Origin: Amoebophrya sp. A120
Taxonomy: Eukaryota > Protista > Dinoflagellata
Direction of reading: 5' to 3'
DNA: 64,000 nucleotides
Assembly (NCBI GenBank): GCA_905178155.1
Contig: CAJINV010000002.1
Coordinates: 1-64,000 of the forward strand
Shown piece by piece: positions 11,890 through 23,800 of this stretch; within the stretch, counting starts at the first letter, position 1, and each line of letters begins with the position of its first letter. Below the pieces are notes generated by a model. It made no database searches. It was not told the DNA's origin and was given only the letters and a program-made list of their open reading frames with translations. The position numbers and the translations under genes are program-made.

Positions 11890-14799
11890 ACTACATCAGC
11901 TGCATCTCGTTGACACCAACCTTCTCGACGTCCATATGCTGCTCCTGTTGTTGTTCCCGAGATGAAGAACTAGAACCCGCGGCATTTATGGCGTTCTCAA
12001 GTGTTACACGCTCAACTGTTGCACAGATTTGTGATGCGAGAACAACAAAAATGAAAGCGGGAAAATTCCGCGTCTTGCATATACAAATTTGGAAGAAATT
12101 GCCATGCTATTTACCCATTCCAGAGTTTGTCATGCTAAACGGGTTGATTGCGTATATGCTGATGACAATTTTGCATGACAGATCATGCAACAGCTGAGCA
12201 TGTAACGTTTGTTGAGAACGCCATATTATTCAAGTTGCTGGTCTGCGTCGTATTAGAAGTAGGCAGTATCCGGACTTCGGACCTCCCGTCACAGTATCGC
12301 AAGAAAAAACTGTTTCTCTGTCTGTGAAATTGTGATGCATACTAGAAGGGAACATAGACCTACTTCGCTTACTCTACTCTTGCAAGACAACGGGTTACTT
12401 TCAAGCAGGGTCATTTTTCTTGGGAGGAGCGCACGGCGAAGAAAAAGAAATCTATTTCCTGTGTCATGCAGACCTGGCAAAGCCATCAGTCGTGAAGCAG
12501 TTTTTTCCTGCGATAAGCAGAACTGCGTTTGCAATGGACTCGCGGCAGGAAATAGCTGCTCCAGATCTGTCGGCGGGGCGAGTTTGATCGCGGGAAAACT
12601 GCTGACGCCACTGGACGAGGTGGACAGGACCCGCGGCTCGTTGACCGAGGCGGACTGCTCGCCCCGGATGATCTCGACGGTGGTCACATCGCGAGAGGAA
12701 GTGTTTTGGTTCGAAGTTGAAAGAAGGTCGGCGTTATTTGTGTGGTCTTGGTGCGGCCTGCTCGGAGCAGATGCAGATGGTTGGTCGTGGTCTACTTGTC
12801 CGATTTCTTTATCGAATGCAAAAACTATGTTTGGGTCTGGAAGGAGCTTGTTTTGCCCGATGAGGACAATTCAATTCTTGACGGCCAGGCATGATAGGAT
12901 TCTGAGTTGCTGGGGTAAAGTCTGTTCCTCATGATGTCAGGGCAACCTGCGTTTTTGAATGACAGAAAAGAAAAGTCAGCACGTTTGGCGTTAACGCGCA
13001 TGACAGAGTTGAAAACTAAGGTTGCCGAGCATGATGAGACCCCTTGCTCTCTTCCTGACCCAAACTACATGCTCGCAATACATAGTCTTGCAAGTCGAAC
13101 ATTTTATATTTTGGCAATTTTATGGCCAGCTCAAGGATGCTGTCGCCAGTCTTCCGCGTGATGGTCTGCAGCGGTGGTGCGTCCGGATTGTGTGGCATCG
13201 TATAGAAAAAATCCCTTCTCCCCATATTCCAAAGAAAATTTCTGATCATGCGCGATTTGTGTACACAAATTTTCGTGCACAAATCAAGTTAGTATTTTGC
13301 TAGGAGCAGCCGAAGACACGCAAATCTTGACTGTCTGCAGGTAGTTTATCATGCTATTCCTGTTCCTGACAGTGTGGTTGCTTCCCCTGGTCATACTGAA
13401 GCCGCACGGCCTTCCCAGCATCACGCCAGCGACCACTAGAGTCCGCATCTCTGCTTCCCGACTTCTAGCATGACAAAACTTGACTTTTCTTGCACACAAG
13501 CCATGCTAGACAGATCTGCGTTCGAATGTGGGGAGGAGGGGAGTTGTCATCTAGTTGTCATCTTGATAGGCTCGTTTATGTATTCGATCACGAACTTCCT
13601 CTCATGGGCTTTTTCGATGTCGCGCAGCTGCTGCGGTGTGTATTCCTCGTGTGCTATGGCGTTCTCCAACGTTACACTCTCAACTGTTGCATGAATTTGC
13701 AATGCAGGAACATAAAAAGTGAAAGGGGAACGGTTCTTGCGCCTTTTGCATTACAGGTTTGGAGCAGATTAGAATCTATCTAGCAAGGCGGGAACTTGAA
13801 CTTCTCGTGCGACGCAGCTTGATCATGTAGATGTTGGTGCCAATTTTATTGCATGACAGATTCATGTATACAGCTGAGAATGTAACGTTTGAGAACTTCA
13901 TATGAACAAGCCTGAAGTTTGTCCGCTCGTTCATCCTGAGGAAAAACGTCACCAGCTCAAAGCCAAGAAGGTATGCATTTTATTGCTACCAGAACCAACG
14001 ACCTTTCTTGCGCGTGGTGCATGACAAGTTTGGGTCTCTAGCGTAATCGTGCTCAGCTATTGAAGTCACACCAAAAACGTCGCTTCTGCTCATGACAATG
14101 CTCCAGACAGCATTGACGAGACGCTTCTCATGGTTTTGCACATGAAACACAGTCTGGGAAGGTCGAGGTGCATGTGAATTTGCATGACAACCTTGGGGTG
14201 GAGACGGTGACGTTTTTACTCAGAATACCACTGTAGCTATCGTTGGGATCCGTCATGGTGTAGGATCGGACCAGTATCACACCGAAAAAAGTTAGAAGGT
14301 GTACTATCGTGTCGTGCAATGCAAAAGTAACCGCCGGCAAGAAAAGTCTATTTGCGTACGGTGCCACAGCTACGTGTACGTGTTGTTTCAAAAGCCATAC
14401 CTTTGTGTTGCGAGCCAAGTCTGTTTTTGCATTTGCAAGTTGAGCATCTTGTACCACCACACTAGCTCTTTCGGTTTGGATACTTCCCTGCACCTTGGTT
14501 GTCGAGCCCGCCACTGTATCGTACATCATGCGGATCTCCGAGCCGGGCGGAAGCTTGTGTTATGGCGCTGGGAAAAAAAAACCACCCCCGTACCCGTTAA
14601 CTACAGGCATTTTAATGCCTGACTTATTGTCACAAATCACCACCGTGACTTCATGCATTGAGCGACTTCAGAGACTTACAAGCCGACGTCGAGAGAGAGG
14701 TACAACTGTAAGAGTCTATAACAAATTGTTCGCCACGACCGTAGTTGCGGCTGTAGGTTCAAACCAACTCCGCTCGTTCGGCTCTATATAGACTTGCAT
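11890..14799 (-). CDS. Multi-exon hypothetical protein (3' end uncertain)
   Basis: ATG at 14799: MQVYIEPNERSWFEPTAATTVVANNLL(TAG)TLTVVPLSRRRL followed by GTAAGT. Continues ...KLPPGSEIRMMYDTVAGSTTKVQGSRSYTMTDPNDSYSG across an introner. Large exon ~12555-12809. Confidence 0.5.
11987..12225. mobile_element. Introner, family E (TIR TATGGCGTTCTCAA.CGTTACA)
   Basis: TIRs present; homologous to 13655-13902, 16369-16584 and 36112-36361. Confidence 0.75.
13655..13902. mobile_element. Introner, family E
   Basis: tatggcgttctccaacgttacac ... tgtaacgtttgagaacttcata. Confidence 0.75.
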
Positions 14800-14876
14800 T
14801 TCGAAACTGCGGCGCAAAGAAGTCTTGTCATGGAAATAAATATCTATGGAAATAAAGGGAGCAGCTTTTCTTTTAT

Positions 14877-17800
14877 TCATTTTGATAGGTTAGGTTGCAA
14901 ATTCATGGCCTTGAGATAGTCGTCTTGCAGCCCTTCGTACGCGAGGTTCTGGATGTGCAGTTTGTGCTCTGCTTTTTTCTTTTCCTTTTCCGCTTCCTCC
15001 GCTCTGCCCCGTGCTTCCTTCGCTCGTGTAGCTTCCCCCTCCGCACGTTTGCGTTCCTGCTCCATTTTTGCCTGGGCGGCTCTTTTTTTCTCTGCTTCGT
15101 CCCTGGCTTGCTTCTCCTGCACCTTGTTCATTTTTGCCGGTTATCAAATGTAAAAATGTCTGGGTCTGGAAATTTCTGAGACTTGTCATGCGCGTTTTGC
15201 ATGGGCCATGGTGTCTGTGATGCATGCCCTAGCATCACAGACTTTTTGAGGGCTTCGCGATGCCTATTTATTCCGCATGACAAATGCCCTCTCCGCGTAG
15301 CCAAAATAATCGCATTCCCTTTTCTGCTTACGCAATACAGATTTTTTTGGAATCCAAATGCAGCATCACAAGTTTGCATTCTTCCAGACCCAGCCATATT
15401 TGCATTTGATACCAGTTCCTTCACCACACGTTCTGACCGTTTGTTAGTGCGCTCGAGCTTGACCTTTTCGACGTTTCGGAGGGCCTGTTCGGCCTCCCGG
15501 CGACGTTCCTCAGCGAGGCGATCCTGTTCCTGCTCTCGTGCTATCCGCAGTCGTTCCGCTCGAGGTCGTATGCATTGCAAACATGGCCGAAAGGACTGGG
15601 ACTCCATGGAAACTTGTCATGCAGAATCTGATGATTGAATCGTGCAAAACCAAAAGACTGTGTAGTTCGGTGGAGCAACAACTGTTGTTGCCCACTTCTT
15701 GCCACGCAAAGGGGGAATCTCTCATGCGAAATAGGAACTAAGAAGCTCTTCTTGCACAATCTATAGTAATGCCTCCGGGTGCAAGTACTTACCTTACCAT
15801 GCTAGACGATCATCTTTGAGCTCCACAAGGAGCTGCGTCATGACAAACCTTTCACATTCTTCCAGACTGAGACACATCATTTGCATTTGATAGCCCGTTA
15901 TGCAGTGCAAAAGTATCGCACTCGTATAAATGCATTACAAATTTCCGCAGCATGAGAAATAAAATTTGGATTTAGGTTCGGAAAAAAATTTGTAATGCAT
16001 GCTTGCAATACGAGTACGATACTTTTGCAAAGGATACCCGTTTTTCTGCCTCTTCACGACGCTCTTCTCGCACTCGTTCTTATCAAATGCAAATATGTGT
16101 GGGTCTGGAGGTTTGTCGTGCGTATTTTGCATGACCCATGATGCCTGTGATGCATGACCTAGCATTGCAGATTTTTATGGGCATGGGGCTTCCTCATTTA
16201 AAATCCGCATGAGAAATACCCTGTCCACCGTGTAGCAGAAACTCGGATCCTCTTGGTAGTGACGCAATACAGATTTTGGACAGCAGCACAAGTTTCAACC
16301 TTCCAGACTCAGATGACATATTTGCATTTGATAGTTCTTGTTCCCGATCAACATCGGCTAATGCTGGTTATGGCGCTCTCAAGCGTTGTTCTTCCATTGT
16401 TCGCTGTTGCAAGAATTTGTGATGCAAGTAGGCGAGCAAAGAACCTAAAAGCATTGCAGATTTTTGCTGCGCGGTGAACCTGTCATGCGAAGTAGCTACC
16501 CAGAGGGTGTTGATACTGATTCTGCATGAGAAATGATGTTAGTAACAGCGAGGATGAATGAACAAACGCGAAGTCACTTCCATACTTGTTGCCGTTTCTC
16601 TTCCTCGCCTCGAATCCGTTCTGATGCGAGCTCGCTGTCGCTGACAATAGTGTCTTTCGACGCAGGGGCAGAAGGGGCATTTTGAACGCGCAGGAGCGCC
16701 TCTGCTCGGACCGAGGCCCCGCTCCGCACGCCGAGGCGCAGCAGAGAATTGTTGGTATTAGACGACGCGCCACCGCCCGGGTTGCCGCTGCTTCCTACAC
16801 CTGATCGCGTTGATTCGGCGACGGGGTCTAAGAATGTGTTGCGGGATGAGGTCATTTTGGAGCTGTTGTTGCTTGTTTGTTGTGCGGTCTGTTCTGACGG
16901 AGACGAAGCGGAGTTACTTGCATTGTGGTTCTGCTCTTCTCGCGCCCGAACTTCTGGTAAAAGTCGGCTAGTACTACCCTTCGCGCGGCCTGATTCCGGT
17001 TCGGCAACCGGATTTTGGTTTTTACCACGTCGTGGTATCAGGCCGGACGGAACATGCTCTTGTTGCGCCGGAGGCTGCAATTTGTGCTGTTCTACCGGGA
17101 CGCCCCCGAGCGGCGGATTCTGCATGTGGGTACTAGCGTGGACCTGCAGTCTGCTCTGCTGTTGTCGCAGCTGCTGGTGCCCTTGTGGCCTGCGCAAAAG
17201 CTGCTGCTCTATGTCGTGTGAAGTCCGGATTTGCTGCTGCTGTTGTCCCAGGAGCTGCTGGTGTTCTAGCGGCCTTGGCAGCGGCTGCTGCTGCTGCTGC
17301 TGCTGCTGTATCCCTTGTGCAGTCCAGATTTGCTGCTGCTGTTGGAGGGGTTGTTGGTGACCGAGTAGCTGCTGTTGCGGTTGCAAGACCGCTCTACTCT
17401 GCTGCGGTGGCACCTGTATTCTGTGTTGCGGTTGCACTTCCACCTGCTGCATATGGTACTGCGGGTGCAGGTGATCATGCTGCTGCTGCTGTTGCCTTTG
17501 TTGCAGGAGCATGTGGTGCTGATTCGGCATCTGCTGCAGCTGTTCCTGGTTCTGTTGTTGCTGCTGCTGCTGCTGCTGTTGGGCATGTCCCTGCAACGAG
17601 GCCCGGTGCTTGAGGGACGGCATATCCGGGCCCCGGTTGTGGTCTCTCATGATGTGTGTCTCGTGCGGTAGTTTCACATGAGCATGAGAACAAATCTACA
17701 GTAGACCAGAACTCCACGAATTGGTTACGATGTGATGGGAAAAAAGCGTACAAGAGGACAAGGCACAGTTGCTCGAACCATGAGTACGTGTACATGGGGC

Positions 17801-17899
17801 AGGTGCTAGTGCCTCCACGTGGTGGTTGTGTCTGAGGAAGTTCTCATCTCCCAGAAAAAAACCCTCCTCACATCTTCACTAGGACTAGGAATGTTGCAT
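14877..17899 (-). CDS. PolyQ/Gln-rich protein with a C-terminal charged coiled coil; five introners
   Basis: Removing 16369-16584, 16081-16333, 15899-16036, 15569-15892 and 15142-15411 (each plus 5 nt) gives the continuous ...EEKRQQALADVDREQERVREERREEAEKRARAERLRIAREQEQ...VVKELAKMNKVQEKQARDE...LQPNLSK, then TGA at 14877. An in-frame ATG at 17899 is reached only through TAG/TGA codons. Confidence 0.8.
15142..15411. mobile_element. Introner, family A
   Basis: TIRs; TSD CCGGT/CCAGT; removal restores the frame. Confidence 0.9.
15569..15892. mobile_element. Introner, family A (degenerate)
   Basis: tatgcattgcaaac ... tttgcatttgata; removal restores the frame. Confidence 0.8.
15899..16036. mobile_element. 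Introner, family D (~140 bp; TIR TAT...TGCAAAAGTATCGTACTCGTAT)
   Basis: Long TIRs; perfect TSD CCCGT. Confidence 0.9.
16081..16333. mobile_element. Introner, family A
   Basis: TIRs; perfect TSD GTTCT. Confidence 0.9.
16369..16584. mobile_element. Introner, family E (degenerate)
   Basis: tatggcgctctcaagcg ... cttccata; TSD 4/5; removal restores the frame. Confidence 0.75.
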
Positions 17900-18318
17900 G
17901 TTTGGAAAATAAACAGAAAGAGAAACAGGACTACAAGACCAAAAATTGATGCAATTTAGAAACGATGAAGTTCTTCTTGGATCAACAATTACAAGTAATT
18001 GACAATACAGTGTACTTCTTTATGTACGCGTCAAACTAGAATAAATATCACTTACTGACTGTGCTCGCAACCCCACTCTCCCTCGACACTTCGCTCTACT
18101 CCCCAGACCTTCCGTACATACGTTGCAGCAAGAGCAACATGTTCGTGCGAAACGATGCGAAACGAGGGGAACATCTCTGGCCCCACCGAACGTCGAGTGG
18201 GGCTCTTGCTCTCCACTACAGGTTGAAGCGCGTGCGAAGGCACGAAGGTTATGGTTTTGCGCGGACGATCTACAATATCAAAGAAAATTTGGACTTTATT
18301 TTGGGATCGGATTTTTTC

Positions 18319-19670
18319 GGAACTATCTAAACTGAGAACGGAACCAACAGCCACCACACCGTGGCGCTTCGCACTTGTCGCCATTCCGTTTCCTTTCGTG
18401 TGTGTTGTTTTTTTTCGTTCTCTTCAGCTTCAGCTTCAAGCTCGTTTTCTTCTTCAAATTTCGTTTTCTGTTTTTCTCTCTTTCCTTCTTCTCTTAGGGG
18501 GGACAAAATTTGCGGGATTTGCGTCCGCCCCGCGCCATTCGTTTGCCACGGCCCCCGCCCCGTCTATGTGTGTTCTTCTTGCTAATGGTTGGCGTCCCGC
18601 GGATATGCGCGGGTGCCAGCGGCGGCGGCAAACTTCCAGGCGTTGCTCCTATTAGAGGCGTAGGCCAGGAAAGTTAGCCCCCTATGTGGGGCTAAAAGGT
18701 CAGACGCCACCTAGCTCCCGATGCTGGGGAGACGCGCGGCGCGCTGTTCTCATGATCGATGGAAGAAGGCCGATGTGGCCCCCCAGTGGCGGAAGTTGGG
18801 GCGCCCTTTTTTGGGCCGATTAGCTTTACAGCAGTGGGGCATAGATACGGCCCTCCGCCCAGCCTTAGCTCCAACGCCGGCAGTTCTTTCGCAGTCTTCC
18901 GTGCCCCAGGGCCCCTTGGATGTGGTTGTCACATCCAAGAGACGAGCCCCTCCTTGGGTGCGGAAGACTGCGGGATAACCGATGGAAAGGCAAACAGCCC
19001 AATTGCCGTGGCAGGCTCTCCATGCAGCGGTTGCTAGACGAGCGCGGGCCAGCAGTGGCAGCTAGAGCGCAGGCTTGGGTGGTTGTATCTATTATACGGC
19101 GGCCGGGCTCATTGTGTTCCTTGCTTCCCGCTGTTGGACGGCCACCGCTAGCCTCATTAGGTTGGTAGGGAGCTCGGCCCTCCTCGCGGGTTGCTGCCGG
19201 TTATTAATTTCATGGCCAGGCCTCTCTGGCAGCAAGCTCCGCCGCGCCTAACTTCGCGGGCGGGCGACCTTCTCTGGCATCCCCGCCCAAGCATCCGGCT
19301 GAGCGCGCAAGCTCGGCCCGTTTGCTGAAGGTGACTCTGCTTGGCTATAGAAACAACATCAAGAAAAACGCCGCGCAGCGACAGGAGGGCGCGCAAGAGA
19401 GGGGCACCACGGGGCTTAGGCCTCCCCCGCTCAGGGATTTGCTTTGCTTCGAAGGTCGCCACGCTTCTAGCAGACAGCCGAGATGGCTCGGCCGCCTGTG
19501 CGCTGGCCGGCCGGGGCTTCTCGGATTTTTCTCCGTTTCCGTTTCCGCACTTGTTTCACGGCTTCGAGTTCCGTTCTCAGTCTCGCCTCTTTTTTTTGAA
19601 AAAACACGAGAACAGGCGGGGAAGGATCCAAGAGTCGCGAAAAAGTTCCGTTCTCAGTTTAGACAGTTCC
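18319..19670. mobile_element. Putative non-autonomous TIR element, 1.35 kb
   Basis: 26-bp inverted repeat GGAACTRTCTAAACTGAGAACGGAAC at 18319-18344 and 19645-19670 (1 mismatch). GC-rich interior; no TSD seen. Confidence 0.6.
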
Positions 19671-19829
19671 AAACAAAGCCATATCCCTTTATTTTCATCG
19701 CTTTGAACCGATTCAGATTTTCGTTCATTTGCCACAAGGGCACTTATTCGAAAAGTTTGTTTTCGTTTATTCTCGTTGTGTTTGCGAAAGGACAGCCAAA
19801 AGGGCGTCTTCCTCTCTGGACCTTTTTCT

Positions 19830-20210
19830 TTCTGCCAAAATGGCGACCGCGATATTTTTTGCCAAAGTGGCAGCTTTATTTTATTTTGCCAAAATGGCAG
19901 GTGAGTGTCTTGTTGCCAAAAGGGCACTATAATTCTGTCGTATACTTTTTGCCAAAGTGGCAGCTTTATTTTTGCCAAAATTATGGCAGGTGCGTGTCTA
20001 CTTGTTGCCAAAAGGGCACTCTAATTCAGTCGTACACTTTTTGCCAAAATGGCAGATTTATTTTTGCCAAAATGGCAGTTGACTGTCTTGTTGCCAAAAG
20101 GGCATTATAATACAGTCGTAGACTTTTTGCCAAAGTGGCAGCTTTATTTTTGCCAAAATGGCAATTGAGTGTCTTATTCTTGCCAAAAGGGAACTATATT
20201 TCAGTCGTGT
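19830..20210. repeat. Satellite, ~88-bp unit x4, built from TTGCCAAA(A/G)TGGCA palindromic sub-units
   Basis: About 13 copies of TGCCAAA, most followed by TGGCA/GGGCA; higher-order unit ends in ...TCGTA.ACTTTT. Confidence 0.85.
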
Positions 20211-20896
20211 TTTCCAGTTTGAAAACAATTACGAAGCAGCACCACGTCTTGGGCGGGGTGACGAAAAAGGAACTATATTCTTTTACAGAGTAGTAGTAGT
20301 GAACTCGTAAGACTGCACCTGGGGGAGGTGCTATCTCTAATCGGTGTTTCCAGCAACATCAGACCTTACTTAGTAGTTGTTCTATGGCTCCACCTTTCCT
20401 ACCTTATCGTAAAAGACCGATCTCCTTCCTGCGGAAAGAATGGCCAACATACGAGGGCTTTTCTTTTTCCAAGCCAGCAGAAAAACTACGTACTACTACT
20501 AGACCACAGCTACTCAGCAGAGACGCGCACAAGAAGCTTGCTGTTCCTGTGCGGGCTGGGACCCCTTAGTAATGTAATTGGTACTGATTAATTATAATTT
20601 CTTCGATGTTTCACCTCCGCAAAGTGATTTCGGACGTGCCATAGCGTGCCGGTTTGGCACACCACAGCCCGCCCCGCTCTTGTGTCGTCATACTACCGTG
20701 TCTTTCTCCTTCTCAAAAGTTCTGTTTATTTGTAGGGAGATAAAATATTCTTCATTTTCTGCTATGAATCGCAGACAGAAGATTCTTGCGTTTTTACGAA
20801 AGTGAGATGCTGCAGCACGGCACTTCTGTCAGAAGCAGAATCAGCAACACAAATGCGAGTTTTGAAGATCGAAAGGTTTTGGGATCACGCTCTACG

Positions 20897-23800
20897 TCAT
20901 GATGTTTGCTTTTTATCGCAATATATGAAAAAGCAAAGTCCTCTATTACTTGGCGGTCTACTTCTTTATGTAGAGAACTCCTCCGAGAACTCTTTCTTTA
21001 TCGGAGCTGCATGGAAAGGAGCCTCCACTTCGTCGTCCTGTTCCTCCTCGACTTCAGCTTCGTAACCGAGTTCCGCCTCCTCCTGCTCTATCCTCAGTAA
21101 AAACGTCCGCACCGAATTGTCAAGATGGTAACTACTTTTTCGTTGTTATTGTCATCAAGATGGTAAGTAACGTAGCTGCTACACAAATCAACAAGCTATG
21201 GCCGTTGCACAAGACAGACTTGGACTCTTCATAGTGTAATCCAAGAAAAGAATTCGTGAAGAAGCAAGATCTCATCCTGATGACAGCATGACAAATTCCG
21301 AAGGAACATCAGAAAATGCTCGCCATCATCGAGCTGCGCATGACAAACTTCCGAGGCTGCATGCAAACTTGCATGACAAATCTAGGGATCAGGACGGTTT
21401 TGCAATAGATACGCTCGTCTTCCTCGAGTTCAGCGCCGAACGCGTTTTCCTCTTCGTGGCCCTCCTCCACGTCGTCCAGGTCGTTTTCATCGCTGAGCAC
21501 GTTTTCCTCTTCGTAGTAGCCCTCCTCCACGTCGTCCAGGTTTCCCTCCACGTCCATCATGTCCCCGTCCTCCACGTCCCCTTCGTAGTAGCCCTCCTCC
21601 TGGCTGTCGGCGGCAACATCGTCTACTTCCGGTTATCAAGTGGCGAAAGACGTGACTTGGGTACTACCCAGTTTTGCAATAGGCACTTTTCACATTTTTC
21701 TTCTGGAAAGCGACATCAACACTTTTGCATTTGTGACAGTGCGTGAGGATCCGGAGGAGGCGGTGGAAACGCGACCGGAAAAATCCGGAGGGCAGCACAA
21801 CCGCGCGCACACATCATGTGTGCTTCCTAGAAAATATTTCGAAAAAGATTACTATCCTACTACCCTGGCAAGCATGACCAACACACACGCTGCGCCATGG
21901 TTTGCATGAGAGAAGTTTAGATACGGGAATACTGGTTTCTTTCTAGTGGTGCTCAAACTATTTGATCGAACGCTAGAAACGCGGCGCCGGGGCCTTGCTT
22001 CTGTAGTTCCCCAGCACGTTCGCACTTGATAGCTCTGCATCTACCGCTGCGCCCGCGAGCTCGACCCCCCTTGCGTTTGGCGCCGCCGCTTCCACCGACG
22101 GAGTAGCTGCGCGGGAGTCTTCGGACTCCTTCTCGGCGTCGTAGGCCTCCGCTGCCGGAGTGGTATCGCCCGCCGCCCGCGGGAACAACCGGTGGGTCTG
22201 CAACACCTTTATGGAAGCGCCAGGTTTGAAATCGACAAAGTTGAAACGATTTGTCATGCATAAAATGCAAGGCATGAAGTGCAAGTGCAGGTCTTGCCGG
22301 GATGGCAAGTAGGGCCGATCATTCTGAGCCTGTTTAGGGTTTGAAATAGAGCTGCTAATGTAGCATGACAAACGCAGTCTTCTGTGCCCAAACAGCATGA
22401 CAAATTGGATTCCGGCGCTCGGAAAATCTGTCATGCGCAGCTTGATAAGTTGGCTTCCGCCTGGCTCGTCCATTTTATGCACGGCAAATCACTTCAGCTT
22501 TGTCGATTTCAATCCTGGCATTCCCATAACCCTCCGCCTGAAGACGCAGTTGGCGTGCTCGATCTTGTTCTTGCTGTTTTTTCGCGGGGCCTGGTATGTC
22601 GCCGCCCGGTTCGATCGCAACTGCGCGAGGGATATGGATTTGTCGCCGCCCGACGCGAACAGCCGCTTTAATCGCAACAGGACCTCTCCACCCGCAACCC
22701 GCGCCTTGTCGACCAGTTCCCGCCAGGCCCTGCCGTTCCGCGCCGCGGCCTCCTCTTATCCAAAAGAGGAAGAAGTTGTGTTTTGGCATGCGCATGAGTA
22801 ATTTTCCCGGTTTACAAGTAGAACGCGAACGGCGAACAGCATTACAATACTTAGTTTATTTACAAGAGCCTATCTTCGGCTGTTCCTCGTCTTTCCATAT
22901 CTGATTTCGCGCACTAGGCTAGTGCGCGACATCGTATTTGGGAACGAAAGAGGCTGCTTCGATAGGTATAAGTACTTAAGCACGACAAACGTATCGTTCT
23001 CCGTCTCCTGTAGTTGTTGCGTGTTCTGCATTACAGATTCACACCGAGATGACACTTCTGTTTCTGTTGGATATCCGCTGTTTTTTCGTGGTTTTATCCT
23101 TGTGGTTGCCCTGCGGAAGCTGAGGTATCCTGTGGAAACAAGACGGCTCCACCCCATCTTGCAGGAGTCCAAAACCTCGAGTAGAGTGAGATTCTGCAAT
23201 ACAAATGAATGCAAATTTGCGGAATTGTGCATTACAAGTTTGGAAGCTCCACCAATCGGTTGCCAGGGCTATCTCACATATTGTATCTACAGTAAGCCAC
23301 CTTCACGTTGTTCGTCACATTCGATTATGAAGAACCCCGATTTTCATGTAAACCCTTTCAAAACTACACACTTCCGGTGGGGTTTGATGCAGATGGTAAC
23401 TTTACTTTTGCACATGCAGGTTTTCGTGACAAGATGGCGTGGGAAGTGCTTTATTCCACAGGATACTGAGGAGGATGATGTCCTTACTCTTGCGGTTGTC
23501 TTCCTTTCGGTTTCTATCCAGTAGCAACAGACGGCCGCAGCTGCGTATGCATTACAGAAGTACTATCGTACCAGTAGTAATTGCATGCACAAATAATTTA
23601 GCTTATCATGCCAGACCCAGAGGAAATTTGTGATGCTGTTGTAGCGCAGGACAGCGATTTGTCATGCATATCCGCAATCACTACGAATGCGAAACTTTTG
23701 CAATTGATACTGCGGACCTAATAAACCAAGAATACATGGATATTTTTGGATGTTGTGCAACAACCTGACCCCTTTCCGCCCGCGGAAAGGGGGGTAGACG

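Noticed and set aside
15142-15411. Introners as Tc1/mariner MITEs with TA TSD
   Set aside because: Retaining one TA breaks the frame. The 5-bp flanking repeats outside TAT...ATA explain both the flanks and the frame.
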